From positions 2,256 to 66,255 of the forward strand of contig CANJLI010000002.1 of NCBI GenBank assembly GCA_947475005.1: a DNA stretch of 64,000 bases, in the 5' to 3' direction. This document shows positions 46,957 to 56,789 of this stretch, one piece after another. Positions within the stretch are counted from its first letter, which is position 1; each line of letters starts with the position of its first letter. Under the pieces are notes generated by a model. That model saw only the letters and a program-made list of their open reading frames with translations. It was not told the DNA's origin and did not search any database. This stretch comes from Deltaproteobacteria bacterium. GTDB lineage: Bacteria; Bdellovibrionota_B; Oligoflexia; Oligoflexales; Bog-1112. A program made the translations under genes and the position numbers.

Positions 46957-49923
46957 CTAAGCCAAAAGAGCAAACAGAGTCAGATCCTTCGCAGCACTTT
47001 TTTTCAAAATAGCCACAATTTCCTCACGATTACCTAAGGCCGACTCTTCCACTTGTTGGATCAACTGATCGGCAAATCGATCTCGTTGCATGTAAGTCAA
47101 CACCGTCTGATACTGCTCCTTCTTGTCGATGCTTTCAAGCCACCCTAAGCCCTCTCGATACACAATATAGCTCGCAATCGACGCAGCTAAAATGGCTACA
47201 ATATGAGAGTGCGGTAGAGTAAAGAGACGCGCCTCATATTTCTCTCGCAACACAGGGGGGCAATACAATACCAACAGTCTTCGAAATAGCTCTCCCTCAA
47301 GCAGTTTTTCTCGCTCTTGCGTGAAGGCCTCCAGCAACAAATCCGTCACTTGGTTGATTTCCTCGGAAATTTCTTTGGATAACTGCACCAAGGTTTTACG
47401 CCCCCCACCCTGTTTATATTCCGAAAATAATAGATTGGCTTCGAGTGCTGCCTTTTCCCGCAAGCGCTCGAGAACTTCCTTCACATATTGATCTTTAATC
47501 GCATAAAATTCTTCACTGGTGAGTAGCAAAGAAGCGATGATCTCAAAGGAAGAACAGATCACTCCCGTCTTATTGGCACTCGAATCCTTAATGATCAGTA
47601 TGCCCTGCTCTTGCAATTTTTCCCGAGCCTGGGTGGTAAAGAAAATATTGGCACCTTCGATGATGGCCTTGCAAGTCGGGCGCCCCTCCACCAAAAATTC
47701 AGCCCAATTTACATCATTCACTGTATAAGGCCTTCCACCAGCGGGAATAAAAATATCCGCATCTACTGTGGCATGCAGGTGATTGCGCAATTGAATATTT
47801 TCAGGCGTATCCATTTGAATCACAAAAGCTCGTTGGGAACGGCTGAGTTTCTCCTTGCGGAAACATCCAATGGATTTCTCCTCCCGCACCAAGGTTAACA
47901 GCTCACTCCAATCCAGCCCCTCCGGATCATAGGCTGCCCCCATGCCATCCGATATGGCAACCACACGCGCATTCTCTCCATACTCTCGATGCAAGATATT
48001 GAGCTCATTTCCTGCAACATCTCCATCGGGACCTCCCGTCATTTTGATCGTGAACGGTTTTTTTCGAGGTTCAAAGTCCAAGTACTGCAACACATGATCC
48101 ACAAACACATGGAGCCCCTCTGAGGTCACCCCATACTCCTTGTGGTTGATGCCATCTCCCGGTTTAGAGGACATGAATGCCTTTGCATAGCGATAGTTCC
48201 TACGCTCTGCTTGCTCGGGTACCCATACGATCAAATCGTTGGTCATGTTTTCATCGGGCCCCAAGAACAGAATCTCTTCTTCTTTGTAGTAACTAATCAG
48301 CCCCGATTTTCCTTCGTGTGCCTCATCCTCGGACACCAAGAGATCGAGGAGTGCATTGATGGCCCCTCGAACTGCACGGGCTTTATTGCCTTGGGGTTTT
48401 AACACCAAGACTCCCTTTGAACCGCCTTCAGGGATGTCCTTGTTTTTCATCTGTTGGGCTTGGCTTAACCCATAAGCCTCATCAAACAAGCCCGCGATGG
48501 CACATCCGTGCTCCACCATATTTTTGGGCATCACTACACGCAAGCCCCCTCGTGCCACATCTCTCCAACGAATGTGGAAAAATCGATAATCACGACCTGT
48601 GATGAAAAAAATCCCAAACGGTCGCTCCGGATAATAGGTCACATCCAACACACTAGGATCCAGACGAAAAGCCAGCCCCGTTTTGGTGGGCAAAAAATAA
48701 TTGGTTTTAAGAAGATGATCGATAAATTTTACCCCCTCTTGAAAGATTCGCTTCTCGATGGGGTCATTACATTTTCCGATCTGTTGAACCAGTACCTCTC
48801 GTCTCTTTTCGTATCCATCCCCTTGCCGTTCTTTTTCATAGAGAGGATCGAACTTATAGCGAAAGAGCTCCACCAAACTTTCGGTGTACGCCTGATTTTG
48901 TAAAAAAGTAGATTCAATTTTATAATTGGAATAATAGTAGGTATTCACCTTCCCCAATAAAATATGCACCCACGAAGCAAGAGAACGAATCAGGTTAGCA
49001 GCCCCAATGGAAAATCGGTATGGGAGTTTGGTAAACTGTGCATAGCCATCTGAATCCACCCATGCCAACGTGCGCAGGGATTTAATCAATCGACGCAGGG
49101 ACGTGCTGGTTTCAATAGCCCCCCCCCAATCCTTGCTATGTAACGTAAAATTCATTACGTTGATGGGTTCTGCATACCCTTCTTGAAATTGCACCATAAA
49201 GGATCGCAACAAATCCACATTGTATTGAGGGAAAAGATGGAAAATGCTCTCCAGCACATCTGTCATGCGGATCCCTTTCAGACCCAGCATAAGCTCCACC
49301 GTGGAAGAACTCCCATCAATTTCAACAAAGGTATGAGCACCCTCATGGGTCAACATGTGATGACACATACGAAAGATGGCCTGAATACGAACCGGTGTCG
49401 CATAGGTAACGAAATCATGATCCAAATGCTGAAAGTACTGCTCGATTTCTTCGGTTAAAGTTGGATACTCTGCCCGTAAGAGTGCCTTTGCCTCTGCGAT
49501 TTTATTTTCTACATGAGAGTTGGAAAGATCCAGCTTGCTGTACGTTTTTCCCCAGAAATTAGCGAGGAACAGTTGTTTATCGGTAGAAAAATATAACGCC
49601 CCCATCTTGATATCTATCGAGGACAGCTTACTTGCCACATTCAACAAAATCGTAGGTTCTTCACCTGGGCCAATGTAGGTAACCTTTGTTTGCTCAGGAT
49701 CCCACAGCTCAACGGTTTGCTTGGCTTCAAAAATAAGCCCCGTTAAAATACTCGATAAGTGCCGCACTTTTTCGATACGCGGCGTCGTTTGGTAGTAGAT
49801 ATCAGGCATGCTGGTGAAAAACCAAGGCGTCAACATCGCAATGCGGTCATGGATCTGCATCCGTACCGTTTCCGAAATATCGTCAATATACGAACCTAAG
49901 TTTGCATCGAATTTTTCATCCAT
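46957..49923 (-). CDS. NAD-specific glutamate dehydrogenase, large (~110 kDa) class
   Basis: 988 aa. ARGGLRVV, EGGSKGVL, GPDENM, MTGGPDGDVAGN (dinucleotide fold). Layout matches large bacterial GDHs. Confidence 0.78.
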   Translation of the reverse strand: MDEKFDANLGSYIDDISETVRMQIHDRIAMLTPWFFTSMPDIYYQTTPRIEKVRHLSSILTGLIFEAKQTVELWDPEQTKVTYIGPGEEPTILLNVASKLSSIDIKMGALYFSTDKQLFLANFWGKTYSKLDLSNSHVENKIAEAKALLRAEYPTLTEEIEQYFQHLDHDFVTYATPVRIQAIFRMCHHMLTHEGAHTFVEIDGSSSTVELMLGLKGIRMTDVLESIFHLFPQYNVDLLRSFMVQFQEGYAEPINVMNFTLHSKDWGGAIETSTSLRRLIKSLRTLAWVDSDGYAQFTKLPYRFSIGAANLIRSLASWVHILLGKVNTYYYSNYKIESTFLQNQAYTESLVELFRYKFDPLYEKERQGDGYEKRREVLVQQIGKCNDPIEKRIFQEGVKFIDHLLKTNYFLPTKTGLAFRLDPSVLDVTYYPERPFGIFFITGRDYRFFHIRWRDVARGGLRVVMPKNMVEHGCAIAGLFDEAYGLSQAQQMKNKDIPEGGSKGVLVLKPQGNKARAVRGAINALLDLLVSEDEAHEGKSGLISYYKEEEILFLGPDENMTNDLIVWVPEQAERRNYRYAKAFMSSKPGDGINHKEYGVTSEGLHVFVDHVLQYLDFEPRKKPFTIKMTGGPDGDVAGNELNILHREYGENARVVAISDGMGAAYDPEGLDWSELLTLVREEKSIGCFRKEKLSRSQRAFVIQMDTPENIQLRNHLHATVDADIFIPAGGRPYTVNDVNWAEFLVEGRPTCKAIIEGANIFFTTQAREKLQEQGILIIKDSSANKTGVICSSFEIIASLLLTSEEFYAIKDQYVKEVLERLREKAALEANLLFSEYKQGGGRKTLVQLSKEISEEINQVTDLLLEAFTQEREKLLEGELFRRLLVLYCPPVLREKYEARLFTLPHSHIVAILAASIASYIVYREGLGWLESIDKKEQYQTVLTYMQRDRFADQLIQQVEESALGNREEIVAILKKSAAKDLTLFALLA

Positions 49924-50002
49924 GGCAGATGCTCCAAACGAAGAGGCCCCCTCTCTTACCGCGGAGCGAAAGAGATCAGGACGCGTAACCAGCTAGAATT
50001 CT

Positions 50003-50443
50003 CTATTCTTTGGTTGTAGCAGGTCTAGCGGGGGCTTCAACATTTATCGCGAATTCAGAAATGCCGTTCTTCTTTACTTGATCAATCAAACGGATCACAT
50101 CTCCGTGTGGCGTCTTTTGATCTGCACTGATGAGCGCTTGCAGTTTGGAGGGATCTTTTGCCTGCTTTTTAGCTAGGGCGATTTGGGCGGGCAGGTCCGA
50201 AAAGGAGATGGGTTTTCCGTCTAAAAACAGATGGGAGTTACTATCAAGAACAAAAGCCATATTTTGAGTCTGCGCGCGGGTCGTACCGCTCTCTGCTTTT
50301 GGCAGATTCACTTCAATAGAGTGATTCACGATATAAGTGGTGGTGACCATGAAAATGATCAATAGTACCAACATCACATCGACCAAAGGCGTTACGTTAA
50401 TGCCGGTAATCTCATCGTCTTGATCTTGAAAATGACCTGCCAT
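50003..50443 (-). CDS. ExbD/TolR-family protein
   Basis: 146 aa. ..INVTPLVDVMLVLLIIFM.. is the signature TM segment. Confidence 0.88.
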   Translation of the reverse strand: MAGHFQDQDDEITGINVTPLVDVMLVLLIIFMVTTTYIVNHSIEVNLPKAESGTTRAQTQNMAFVLDSNSHLFLDGKPISFSDLPAQIALAKKQAKDPSKLQALISADQKTPHGDVIRLIDQVKKNGISEFAINVEAPARPATTKE

Positions 50444-50454
50444 GGATACGTCTC

Positions 50455-51078
50455 CTAGTGATAGGTCAGGATAGTTTGGGAGATGGCTTGGGCATTGGAA
50501 AGTTTTATTTTCACCAGACGGGTGAATGCATTAAATGCAATCACAGCTGGAATGGCCACCATCAAGCCCACAGCAGTCGCCACCAAGGCTTCAGAAATAC
50601 CAGCCATTACCACGGAAGGGCCTCCCTCTGGGTGAGAGGAGAGATCGTGGAACGCTTTGATAATCCCGATCACAGTTCCAAACAATCCGATAAAAGGCGC
50701 ATTGTTTCCTAGGGTACCCAAGACAACCAGACCTCGATCGAGCTTATACTTATACCCGATCATGTACCCTGCCATGCTGCCTTCCATAGCCGCAAGGCCT
50801 CGGCTTCGATTTTGCAGCCCGGTGAGCGCAACTTCCGTCTCAAACGTCGCTTTTTCTTTGCAAAGACTCTCTGCCTTTTCGTACTCTTTCTTGGATAAGA
50901 GCTCCCCAAGTTCCTGGATAAAAGAAGAAAAAGACAGTCGAGCTCGAACAAAGTAAATCGTACGCTCCAGAATCAAGGCAAAGGACAGGACGCTTAACGC
51001 CAAGAGCAGCCACAATACCCATTGTGCGCCAAACAATGTAATTCCCAACAATTCCTTCACGATGTCGATACCCATCAA
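50455..51078 (-). CDS. MotA/TolQ/ExbB proton-channel family protein
   Basis: 207 aa with three TM helices. ..LGTLGNNAPFIGLFGTVIGI.. signature. Confidence 0.88.
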   Translation of the reverse strand: MMGIDIVKELLGITLFGAQWVLWLLLALSVLSFALILERTIYFVRARLSFSSFIQELGELLSKKEYEKAESLCKEKATFETEVALTGLQNRSRGLAAMEGSMAGYMIGYKYKLDRGLVVLGTLGNNAPFIGLFGTVIGIIKAFHDLSSHPEGGPSVVMAGISEALVATAVGLMVAIPAVIAFNAFTRLVKIKLSNAQAISQTILTYH

Positions 51079-51282
51079 AATGCCCTCCTAGAAATAATCT
51101 GTCAAAGCTGATTGTGCCTTACCTGGAGCAAATTTCCCAATTTCAGCCTTTTTTTTCTTCGCCAGCCACCTTTTTGCCAAAAAGAAGGCTCCATCGGCCT
51201 CTCTTTTTGGCTTTTCTCGTTTCCCCTTGACTATTTTTCCAAATCACATTACCTAGTTCAAGTTCCTTTTCCATTCTCCTAA

Positions 51283-51359
51283 GCGGGAGTAGCTCAGTTG
51301 GCTAGAGCGTCGCGTTGCCATCGCGAAGGTCGAGGGTTCGAGTCCCTTTTCCCGCTCCA
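51283..51359 (+). tRNA. tRNA-Gly (anticodon GCC), CCA encoded
   Basis: Hand-folded cloverleaf: acceptor gcgggag/ttcccgc, D arm gctc..gagc, anticodon stem tcgcg/cgcga with loop ttGCCat, T arm gaggg ttcgagt ccctt. Close to E. coli tRNA-Gly(GCC). Confidence 0.93.
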
Positions 51360-51369
51360 CTTTTCTTTT

Positions 51370-51394
51370 ACCACCGTAGGTGGTGCCTTTTTTT
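51370..51394 (+). terminator. Small terminator hairpin after tRNA-Gly
   Basis: accacc gta ggtggt, then gcc and a T7 run. Confidence 0.5.
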
Positions 51395-51413
51395 AATTTT
51401 TACTTTTTTATTT

Positions 51414-51933
51414 GGGAACCAGCTGCGCAGTTTCCCAAACCCTCCTTGCCACGCACTTGGGAAGCAGTAGCTTTTCTTTTGGTTAACACCTTAGAAGCCA
51501 AGGCCGGCGCTCGCTCGGGGCCTCCCACCCTCTCAAAATCGCAGAGCAAGCTCCCGTCATGGACAGTAATAACCAGGCTGCGATTTGTGACCCGGGTAGG
51601 TCCCCCCAAGCGGCTGCCCTTGGCTCCTCTTATGTTAACCGAAAGAAATCCTACCCCGTTCTCTCGATGCTACCGAGAATCTTTGCAGCGGCGGGAGAGC
51701 TGTGAATGAATCCAAAGAAGACATAGGGAAGGGCAGCCAGGTAGAGGGATCCCGACGGGTTGTAAATCGCAGCCTGGTTATTACTGTCCATGACGGAGGC
51801 CCTGTCTGCGATTTCAAGAGTCGGGAAGAATCTGCCTGAGCGCCGGCCTTCCCTCTGCCGTCTTTGGATTCATCCACCGCTCTCTCAATGCGAGGCAAGG
51901 AAGGGTCTGGGAAAACTGCGCAGCTGGTTTCCC
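51414..51933. repeat. Composite twin-hairpin palindromic element, copy 2 (inverted relative to copy 3)
   Basis: TIR gggaaccagctgcgcagtttccc (51414-51436) vs gggaaaactgcgcagctggtttccc (51909-51933). Long hairpins at ~51470-51651 and ~51708-51871. Confidence 0.85.
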
Positions 51934-52047
51934 AGAAATAGAAAAAAATAAAAAATAACCCGCCAGACAGGTAATTTTTTTTCCTTTCTTTTGTTCACCA
52001 TACATTTATAATTGGCCAAACGGTCAAAATTATAAATGGAGTGCGTC

Positions 52048-53934
52048 ATGGCGAGTTGCAGCCCACAAAATCTGGGGAAATTGCTACTCTGTGGTCTTCT
52101 GGCAAGTGCCTGCGGAGAGAATCCAACGAGTACCCTGCAGCATGATGTCCGCCAACCTACCCGCGTTACGACGGATTGGAATTGGGTCACCGTGTCTCGC
52201 GATGATTTCATGAGTCATTCTCTCAATATGGGCCCTGTACCGGGTCGCTTTCCCATTGCAGACCAATTCAAAGCGCTAGAGGAACGGGCCACATTTTGGG
52301 TCAATTTGCTCGACAAGAAACTGCGCGCTCAATACCCCCAGAAAATGAAGCAAGTCCCAGTACCTCAAGTGCAAGTAATTACAGATGACTCCCCCAATGC
52401 GTTTATTACAGCTGGATTTAGCTGCTATGAAGTGCCCCTTCAACTTGCAGACTCAGGTACCACGGTGGGAAAAGTGCTTTGGAGGCCCATAGATGGGGGC
52501 GGGGAATTCCTACACTGGCCAGACGAATTTGCTTGTCTACCCGCAGAGCCCAGCTCTCTTTTTGCAGCCATCCAAGTATTTAATGCTGCAGAAGGCAGCT
52601 GTAAACTTCATGTAACAAATGGAGCGATAGCCCTTGAAGGCAAATGCGACACCGGCTCCAGCTTACAAGGCGTAGGGAATGCGAAATCCATCGTGCTGCC
52701 CCGCACAGCAAACTGGGTCACCATTCATGCAGGATTGTTTCCGTTTATGCCAACAGAGGATGCTTTCGTCGGCGTTCTCATGCATGAGCTGACCCATTAC
52801 TATCGCTCCCACATGACTCAACTGCCGGGTGAATATAATTTTTTCTACCAACGAGGAGAAGAAAATGAAAATCACCGCCCAGAACCTCGCCCAGATCTAT
52901 TGGCTGAAGGTCAAAAAGCCATTATCGCCAGTCATATTTTGGGCCAGGAGCGCATGCCCCTCCTCCCAGGGCAAGAACTCGCCCCTGAGCTTTATTTAGC
53001 CGCCGGTTCTCTTGCAGAGGCACAATGCGCGGGTAATCCAAATTGTGCCAGCAGTTGCCAGGAAATCGTAAAACTGGCTACCACTAGAGAGTTTATCGTA
53101 AAGATGGGTCTATATCCCTTCTCTCCTGCAGATCAAAGCACCTATACGCGCTTTGAAGCCACCATGATGCGCTGCTTGCGTACAATCCCTGCAGCAGGTG
53201 CATACGACAGCCTTAAAGAGTTCATACTGGCCCCCACATGGATTCCATTTCGCAAGAAGCTATCTCCCGATACCCTGGCCATGCTCGGTGCGATACTGGG
53301 GCGCGTGATCCCAAGATTGCCAGCGACGCTTCCGCGACCGTCCTATCCCAGCGCAAAAGAAATCACGATGGATATCAGTGCCATTTTGAACCTACAGATC
53401 AAGATGGCGATGGACATCCTCACGGAAGCTCATGAAAAAAAGATTGGCTTCTACACCGACGAACAAGAGGCAGATGAAGCATCTATCGAATGGCTATCCC
53501 TACTCGGCCTGAAACCAAGCGCAGGTGTAGATACCTATCTCACATTGGCCGGAAACTCTACAGAGGCGAGCTTCGGAGGGTTCATCTGGGGCGGCAAAAC
53601 CTGTCAGGATCTATACCGCAATCACTGGAGAGATCAGAACGGCAATGCAGTGATTGTTCCCATAGGCAATTTTACAGACACCCATCACAGCTCTTGCTTC
53701 CGAGCTTACAATGCGGATTTGGAGATTCAAGCGCACCAATATCCGTTGACACCCTCTGAATCTGTTGTCGCTATTGGCTTATCTTGGGAAGAAATCCAAA
53801 GAATCGCCACTCGTGCCACAAGCCCGCTACGCAAGGGCACTGAAGAAAAGATGCCCCCCGCGGTTAGCGCTGCAAAAAAGCGGGTAATCGCCCTGAACAA
53901 ACACTGGCACGAATGCCCATGGGCACCTAAGTAA
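52048..53934 (+). CDS. Putative zinc metalloprotease lipoprotein (HEXXH)
   Basis: ATG at 52048 with ggag 6 nt upstream. Lipobox LLASAC. VLMHELTHYY (HEXXH) and distal EQEADEASIEWL recall the M48 family but with a very long insert. Confidence 0.72.
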   Translation: MASCSPQNLGKLLLCGLLASACGENPTSTLQHDVRQPTRVTTDWNWVTVSRDDFMSHSLNMGPVPGRFPIADQFKALEERATFWVNLLDKKLRAQYPQKMKQVPVPQVQVITDDSPNAFITAGFSCYEVPLQLADSGTTVGKVLWRPIDGGGEFLHWPDEFACLPAEPSSLFAAIQVFNAAEGSCKLHVTNGAIALEGKCDTGSSLQGVGNAKSIVLPRTANWVTIHAGLFPFMPTEDAFVGVLMHELTHYYRSHMTQLPGEYNFFYQRGEENENHRPEPRPDLLAEGQKAIIASHILGQERMPLLPGQELAPELYLAAGSLAEAQCAGNPNCASSCQEIVKLATTREFIVKMGLYPFSPADQSTYTRFEATMMRCLRTIPAAGAYDSLKEFILAPTWIPFRKKLSPDTLAMLGAILGRVIPRLPATLPRPSYPSAKEITMDISAILNLQIKMAMDILTEAHEKKIGFYTDEQEADEASIEWLSLLGLKPSAGVDTYLTLAGNSTEASFGGFIWGGKTCQDLYRNHWRDQNGNAVIVPIGNFTDTHHSSCFRAYNADLEIQAHQYPLTPSESVVAIGLSWEEIQRIATRATSPLRKGTEEKMPPAVSAAKKRVIALNKHWHECPWAPK

Positions 53935-54116
53935 GGCGAATCCTGCGCCCTTACCCCCTCGCTACCTACCCATTTTACGATGAAAATGCCGCTCATTTTT
54001 GCAGAGAATGAGGAAAGGGCACCCACATTGTGATTGCTCATCTTGCCAAGGCAAGCTAGAACTTTCTTTGTAAAAATTGAGTGTTGCGATCACGCGCTTT
54101 TTTATGGGGTAGCGAT

Positions 54117-54428
54117 ATGAACGAAGAAATGTTGAATTCCACTCTGTCCGCCACTGTCCATCCTATTGCTGGCGCCCAAGAGGAAAAATTAAAAAAGCGG
54201 CGCCGATCCTCTAGCAATTATCTAAGCTATGAAGAAGCCCAACTTTTTGCCCAAACCTTGGGCGTACAATCTCGCAAGGAATGGCGAGAATACGTGAAAG
54301 GGCTACGAGCGGAATATGCAGCCAAGCCAGAGAGCATCCCCTCCCATCCAGATGGAATCTACAAAACCAAAGGCTGGCAAGGCTGGCGACAATGGCTCGG
54401 CACTGATAAGCCCAAAGACCTGAACTAA
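54117..54428 (+). CDS. Small hypothetical protein with a KGW..W..WLG repeat unit
   Basis: ..LSYEEAQLFAQTLGVQSRKEWREYVKG....PESIPSHPDGIYKTKGWQGWRQWLGT. Recalls units annotated as integrase-repeat in other genomes (from memory only). The start is uncertain between 54081 and 54117. Confidence 0.5.
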   Translation: MNEEMLNSTLSATVHPIAGAQEEKLKKRRRSSSNYLSYEEAQLFAQTLGVQSRKEWREYVKGLRAEYAAKPESIPSHPDGIYKTKGWQGWRQWLGTDKPKDLN

Positions 54429-54548
54429 CCCTTTCCTACATCCAAACGCAGCCTTCAATGCCTTGATTTAAATAGATAAATCGACATTATTCCGTTTCCT
54501 TCTCATTCCTGACGATAAGACCAGCGTTATGGAAAAAGGAGGTGGAAA

Positions 54549-54926
54549 ATGGGTTGGCCTATACAACTTTTATTCGCAATTTCTTTGGGGTTATTCGGCG
54601 CATCTATAAACGGAAAAGCTCCAGCCTCCAAGCATTACATGGACGGCGTGGCTCAAAAGCTTCAAGACACCTACTGGACCCGGTGGTATCGAACTCACAC
54701 CAGCAAATCCCATAGAGATATAGAAGGGGAACTGCAGACCTGGCAGCACTTCGATCAAATTTTTCGTCATGATGCTAACGATCCCCTCACCCTTGAAGAA
54801 AGGGAAAAGCAGAGATGGGAGGGGGAAAATAGACCTGAAGGCACTATTTTTACACAGCCCACTGCAGAAGTGTGGCAAGTTCTGCCTCTTCATAGCGAAT
54901 CCACAGGGTCTCCGATTTCTCAATAA
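54549..54926 (+). CDS. Hypothetical small secreted protein
   Basis: Strong aaggagg 6 nt upstream and a signal-like N-terminus. The 3' end overlaps the convergent NFACT gene by 77 nt. Confidence 0.5.
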   Translation: MGWPIQLLFAISLGLFGASINGKAPASKHYMDGVAQKLQDTYWTRWYRTHTSKSHRDIEGELQTWQHFDQIFRHDANDPLTLEEREKQRWEGENRPEGTIFTQPTAEVWQVLPLHSESTGSPISQ

Positions 54927-56238
54927 GCCAGAGCCCAGCCGGCAACCCCTTTTTCTTTCGTAAATAGCGTCGCTGGGTACAATACACCTCTGCCTCCCGC
55001 CCCCGTCGCACTTTGGAGTAATGCACGGCATAAATGCCAGCCTGTCTTTTGAGATCTTCCGTCATTTGCCGCCCTGGCAAGGTTCGAAGGGGCACAATTA
55101 CATGAGAGCCAGTTGTTCCCACCACGTGAAACCAATAATCATTGGCCTGTGCTGCTTTCGTCATCACATCGTTTTCCGATGGACTCTTACCGATGAGAAA
55201 AGAAACCTGGTGTTCGTTTTCAAACACACGATAGGGAAGGCTTTCCTTCTCCACAGCAGCACTCACCGAACGAGGTTGAGGTGGAGTCAACTGGTAGCGA
55301 GTTAAGATGCGCTCCACAGCCTCCCAGGGGAGAGGATCCCCCTTTAGCGTTGCCAGAGCGGCCTCCAAACCCTGGGCTTCCTTTTCTGCAGAGTCAAGAT
55401 ACCGCGTGGCAACTTCTGTGGCTCGCTTGCCCTTCTTTACCGCCTTAAAGCGCCCTTCAATTTGAGCACCCAAGGATTTGTCAGGGTCCAACGTGATCAC
55501 GCGATTACTTTCCTCTCCCGTTTCTTCAGGCAAAAGTACGATCTCTGCTGCCTCCGCAGGAATGCGAGCTCCGTACATTTGCAGCCATTTGGCCTCGGCA
55601 AGAAGCTGGACTGGATCCTCGGGTAGCTGATGGTGTAGACGTGCAATGGACTTACGTACCGTACGCAATTTTCGCTTGAGTTGATCTTTGGCGCTGCGCT
55701 GGTACCCAGGGATGTTGGTTTCGAGCCCTGAGGGTTGCTCCTCTTCTGAGGCTTTCTCTTCCTTCTCCTCTGGAGTCTGCAAGGCAGCTTCGATCCATTG
55801 GGCATACACGTTTTGGAAATGGCTCTCAGACGGTTCAGGAAAGACACCCTCGTAGGCTTTCTTTTTCGTGAAGGTACCTTTTTCACCGAAACGAAGTAAA
55901 TCCATACGATCTGGTGACAACAAATGCACTTGTCGATCTTTACCGGCACCTTCTACCCAGAGATACCACGTGCCTTGTAAGTTGGAGAGCGGTAGCCACG
56001 TTTCATGGGTACGCGGATCCCACCAAATTTTTTCGATACGGGCTGTAGGGATATGCTTGCGCAACAAGCCCACCAGGGGGTGTGCTGTGCTGGTGGATTC
56101 TGGTTTTTCTGCTAGCCAGCGTACTGGCTGTACCTCTTGGGGGTTAAGCGCTAGGTAGCGCTTTTTTCTTTCGACAGATACTTGCCAGACTAGTTGGGTT
56201 TGACAGAACCAATGTTTTTGGATTTGGATATATTTCAT
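54850..56238 (-). CDS. NFACT-R (DUF814) domain protein, RqcH/FbpA-like
   Basis: C-terminal ..NDYWFHVVGTTGSHVIV..AGIYAVHYSKVR..EVYCTQRRYLRKKKG..G (DUF814). Central Glu/Lys coiled coil. The start is taken at MKYIQIQ (56238) because the upstream 42 codons lie in repeat copy 3. Confidence 0.78.
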   Translation of the reverse strand: MKYIQIQKHWFCQTQLVWQVSVERKKRYLALNPQEVQPVRWLAEKPESTSTAHPLVGLLRKHIPTARIEKIWWDPRTHETWLPLSNLQGTWYLWVEGAGKDRQVHLLSPDRMDLLRFGEKGTFTKKKAYEGVFPEPSESHFQNVYAQWIEAALQTPEEKEEKASEEEQPSGLETNIPGYQRSAKDQLKRKLRTVRKSIARLHHQLPEDPVQLLAEAKWLQMYGARIPAEAAEIVLLPEETGEESNRVITLDPDKSLGAQIEGRFKAVKKGKRATEVATRYLDSAEKEAQGLEAALATLKGDPLPWEAVERILTRYQLTPPQPRSVSAAVEKESLPYRVFENEHQVSFLIGKSPSENDVMTKAAQANDYWFHVVGTTGSHVIVPLRTLPGRQMTEDLKRQAGIYAVHYSKVRRGREAEVYCTQRRYLRKKKGLPAGLWLIEKSETLWIRYEEAELATLLQWAV

Positions 56239-56271
56239 TTTTTTTCTCTCTTTTTTTCTTTTTTTTTCTAA

Positions 56272-56789
56272 GGGAAACCAGCTGCGCAGTTTTCCCTTAA
56301 ACCCTTCCTTGCCTCGCAAGGGGAGAGTTGTGAGATCCCTTTCAATTACCATGTTAGATGCCAAGGCCGGCGCTCAGGCAGATTCTTCCCGACTCTTGAA
56401 ATCGCAGACAAGACCTCCGTCATGGACAGTAAAAACCAGGCTGCGATTTACAACCCGTCGGGATCCCTCTACCTGGCTGCCCTTGGCCCCTCAAATGGTA
56501 ACCGAAAGGAATCCGACTGCTCTCCCGTAGCTGCAAAGATCTGGTAGCAGCGAGAGAGTGGAGATACATTTCCAGAATGGCGCGCCAAGGGCAGCCGCTT
56601 GGGGGGACCTACCCGGGTCACAAATCGCAGCCGAGAGCTTACTTCCATGACGAGAATACTGTCTGCGATTTTGAGAGGGTGGGAGGCCCCGAGCGAGCGC
56701 CGGCCTTGACGTGTCATTCTGGAAATACATCTCCATTTTCCCCTTGCTAGGCAAGGAAGGGTCTGGGAAAACTGCGCAGCTGGTTTCCC
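56272..56789. repeat. Composite twin-hairpin palindromic element, copy 3
   Basis: TIR gggaaaccagctgcgcagttttccc (56272-56296) vs gggaaaactgcgcagctggtttccc (56765-56789). Long hairpins at ~56334-56513 and ~56568-56726. T-rich and A-rich tracts reach the flanking start and stop codons. Confidence 0.85.
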
